Source of the DNA: Desulfobacteraceae bacterium
GTDB lineage: Bacteria; Desulfobacterota; Desulfobacteria; Desulfobacterales; JALSRD01
NCBI GenBank assembly: GCA_027061725.1
Contig: JAMOVG010000115.1
Coordinates: 1 to 52,458, forward strand
Direction of reading: 5' to 3'
Length of the DNA stretch: 52,458 nucleotides
Positions 50,554 through 52,458 of this stretch are shown in pieces. A model generated the notes under the pieces. The model did no database searches and was not told the DNA's origin. It saw only the letters and a program-made list of their open reading frames with translations. The position numbers were made by a program, and so were the translations under genes. The first letter of the stretch is position 1, and each line of letters starts with the position of its first letter.

Positions 50554-52458
50554 ATGAGATTTATCGCCGACCTGCACGTTCACTCCAAGTTTTCGCGCGC
50601 GACGTCCAAGAGCCTGGATCTGGAGAGTCTATACAGTGCCGCCCGTCTCAAGGGCATCACCGTGGTGGGAACCGGGGATTTCACCCATCCCGGCTGGTTT
50701 GCCGAACTGAAGGAAAAACTAACGCCGGCCGAGGACGGCCTTTTCCGGCTCCGGGACGAAGTCCAAAAAAGTTGTGAAGAGCGCCTGGCGGTGTCACCGC
50801 CCGGAGAGGTCCGCTTCATGCTGACCTGTGAAATCAGCAATATATACAAAAAGAACGGGCGGGTGCGGAAAAACCACAATCTCGTACTGATGCCCGATCT
50901 GGAGACTTGCGAGCGCTTCAACAGCCGTCTTTCGCGCATCGGCAACATTTCCTCGGACGGTCGTCCCATCCTGGGGCTGGACGCGCGAGACCTGCTGGAG
51001 ATCGTGCTGGAAATATCCGAGGCGGCCTACCTGATTCCGGCCCACATCTGGACCCCCTGGTTTTCGCTGCTGGGTTCCAAATCGGGTTTTGATTCCATCG
51101 AGGAGTGCTTCGAAGACCTCAGCGGGCACATCTTCGCCGTGGAGACCGGCCTTTCGTCGGATCCGGCCATGAACTGGATGGTTTCGGACCTGGAGCGGTT
51201 TACCCTGGTTTCCAATTCCGATGCCCACTCGGCTGCCAAACTGGGCCGGGAGGCCAACTGGTTCGACACCCGGCTGGACTATTTCGCCATCCGCCAGGCA
51301 CTGTCTTCGCAGAAATCGGACGGTTTTCTGGGAACTTTCGAGTTCTTCGCCGAAGAGGGCAAGTACCACTACGACGGCCACCGCAAGTGCGGCATCTGCT
51401 GGAGCCCGGAGCAAACCGCGGCCGCGCGGGGAAAATGTCCCGTGTGCGGCAAACCGCTGACCCGCGGGGTGCTCAACCGGGTGATGGCGCTGGCCGATCG
51501 CCGACCCGATCACCGTCCGGTGCGGGCCAGACCCTATTACAGCCTGGTTCCGCTCAGCGACATCCTGTCCGAGATTTTCCGGGTGGGTCCGGCCACCAAG
51601 AAAGTGGGGCAGTGGTATCAGCGGGCACTTTCGAAACTGGGCAGCGAGTTCGAAATTTTACACCTCAAGCCCACCGAGGATATTGCCCGCGCCGGAATAC
51701 CGCTGCTGGCCGAGGCCATAAAACGCATGCGTGATGGACGCATTGACATTGCGCCCGGATTCGACGGCGAGTTCGGCCGTATCCGCATCTTTGCAGACCA
51801 CGAACGCGACCGGCTCATGGGGCAGCATTCCCTGTTCGCCGGCAGCGGCTGGGTCGAAAAACCTTCCCCTGCGAAACGCAAAAAACCCCGCCCCCGGGAT
51901 TCCTACAGGCCGGCGGCGAAAAAAAGAAAAGCCGTGCGTGAGGCCCCGGCGCACGCCGACACTCCAACCGAAGACCCGCTGGAGGGGCTCAACAGTGCCC
52001 AGCGCGAAGCGGCCCGCATCAGCAGAGGGTACCTGCTGATTGTGGCCGGTCCCGGCACCGGCAAAACCCGCACCCTGACCCGCAAAATTGCTTTCCTGAT
52101 GAGGGCCAAAGCGGTGCCACCGGACGGTATGCTCGCCCTGACGTTCACCAACCGGGCGGCCGAGGAGATGCGCGAGCGCCTCCGGCTGCTGGTGGGAAAA
52201 GACCTGCGCATGCCGCTGGTGGCCACCTTTCACGGTTTCTGCATGCAGCTGCTTGAAGACAGGGGCCGCCAGTTGATCGACGAGCACGAACAGCGCCTGT
52301 GGGTGAAAGAGGCCGTCGCGGCGCTGCGCCGACGAAGAAAAACATTGCCCTTCGGGGCCTCTGAGCTGCAGCGGCGAATCGCCGAAGCCAAGCAGCGTAT
52401 CCTGACGCCCGCTGACCTGTTGGAGGAAGCGGGCGCTGATGCCGTACTGCGGGACGTA
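50554..52458 (+). CDS. Endonuclease Q (PHP + Zn finger) fused to a UvrD/PcrA-type helicase; 3' end beyond the window
   Basis: Manual translation: MRFIADLHVHSKFSRATS, GTGDFTHP, PAHIWTPWF, ETGLSSDP, SNSDAHS, GKYHYDGHRKC, CPVCG, then in frame LNSAQREA and AGPGTGKT; no stop before the window end. Confidence 0.9.
   Translation, partial: MRFIADLHVHSKFSRATSKSLDLESLYSAARLKGITVVGTGDFTHPGWFAELKEKLTPAEDGLFRLRDEVQKSCEERLAVSPPGEVRFMLTCEISNIYKKNGRVRKNHNLVLMPDLETCERFNSRLSRIGNISSDGRPILGLDARDLLEIVLEISEAAYLIPAHIWTPWFSLLGSKSGFDSIEECFEDLSGHIFAVETGLSSDPAMNWMVSDLERFTLVSNSDAHSAAKLGREANWFDTRLDYFAIRQALSSQKSDGFLGTFEFFAEEGKYHYDGHRKCGICWSPEQTAAARGKCPVCGKPLTRGVLNRVMALADRRPDHRPVRARPYYSLVPLSDILSEIFRVGPATKKVGQWYQRALSKLGSEFEILHLKPTEDIARAGIPLLAEAIKRMRDGRIDIAPGFDGEFGRIRIFADHERDRLMGQHSLFAGSGWVEKPSPAKRKKPRPRDSYRPAAKKRKAVREAPAHADTPTEDPLEGLNSAQREAARISRGYLLIVAGPGTGKTRTLTRKIAFLMRAKAVPPDGMLALTFTNRAAEEMRERLRLLVGKDLRMPLVATFHGFCMQLLEDRGRQLIDEHEQRLWVKEAVAALRRRRKTLPFGASELQRRIAEAKQRILTPADLLEEAGADAVLRDV

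Overview
GC-rich bacterial chromosome segment; gene content suggests a sulfate-reducing Desulfobacterota/Desulfobacterales lineage (inference). It appears to span the replication-origin region. Left part: PBP1A, divergent from a hisI-hisG-aminotransferase-engB-era-ATP-grasp-HNH run; an OmpA protein with a pentapeptide repeat; two tandem BMP/CUT2 purine-nucleoside ABC systems, each with its own phosphoribosyltransferase; oadG/oadB-like genes; an ABM protein; a triple-rubredoxin membrane protein; kup; and a TauE pair. Right part: two perfect parS sites, rpmH-rnpA-yidC-jag-mnmE, rng, a radical SAM fusion, degQ, gyrB, dnaN, a split RdgC-like pair and an EndoQ-UvrD fusion that runs off the window. 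Most notable: (1) a four-gene cassette downstream of gyrB encoding an Hpt protein, a REC-GGDEF cyclase, a 6TM hybrid kinase and a cNMP-binding/PhcB-like methyltransferase, a candidate small-molecule (quorum-sensing-like) circuit with c-di-GMP output; (2) a candidate oriC upstream of dnaN with no dnaA nearby; (3) a beta-clamp-binding-like QHSLF motif in the EndoQ-UvrD fusion; (4) a ~178-nt rod-like hairpin plus terminator inside the purine transport locus. No rRNA, tRNA, CRISPR array or transposase was recognised. All calls come from motif reading only; no searches were run.
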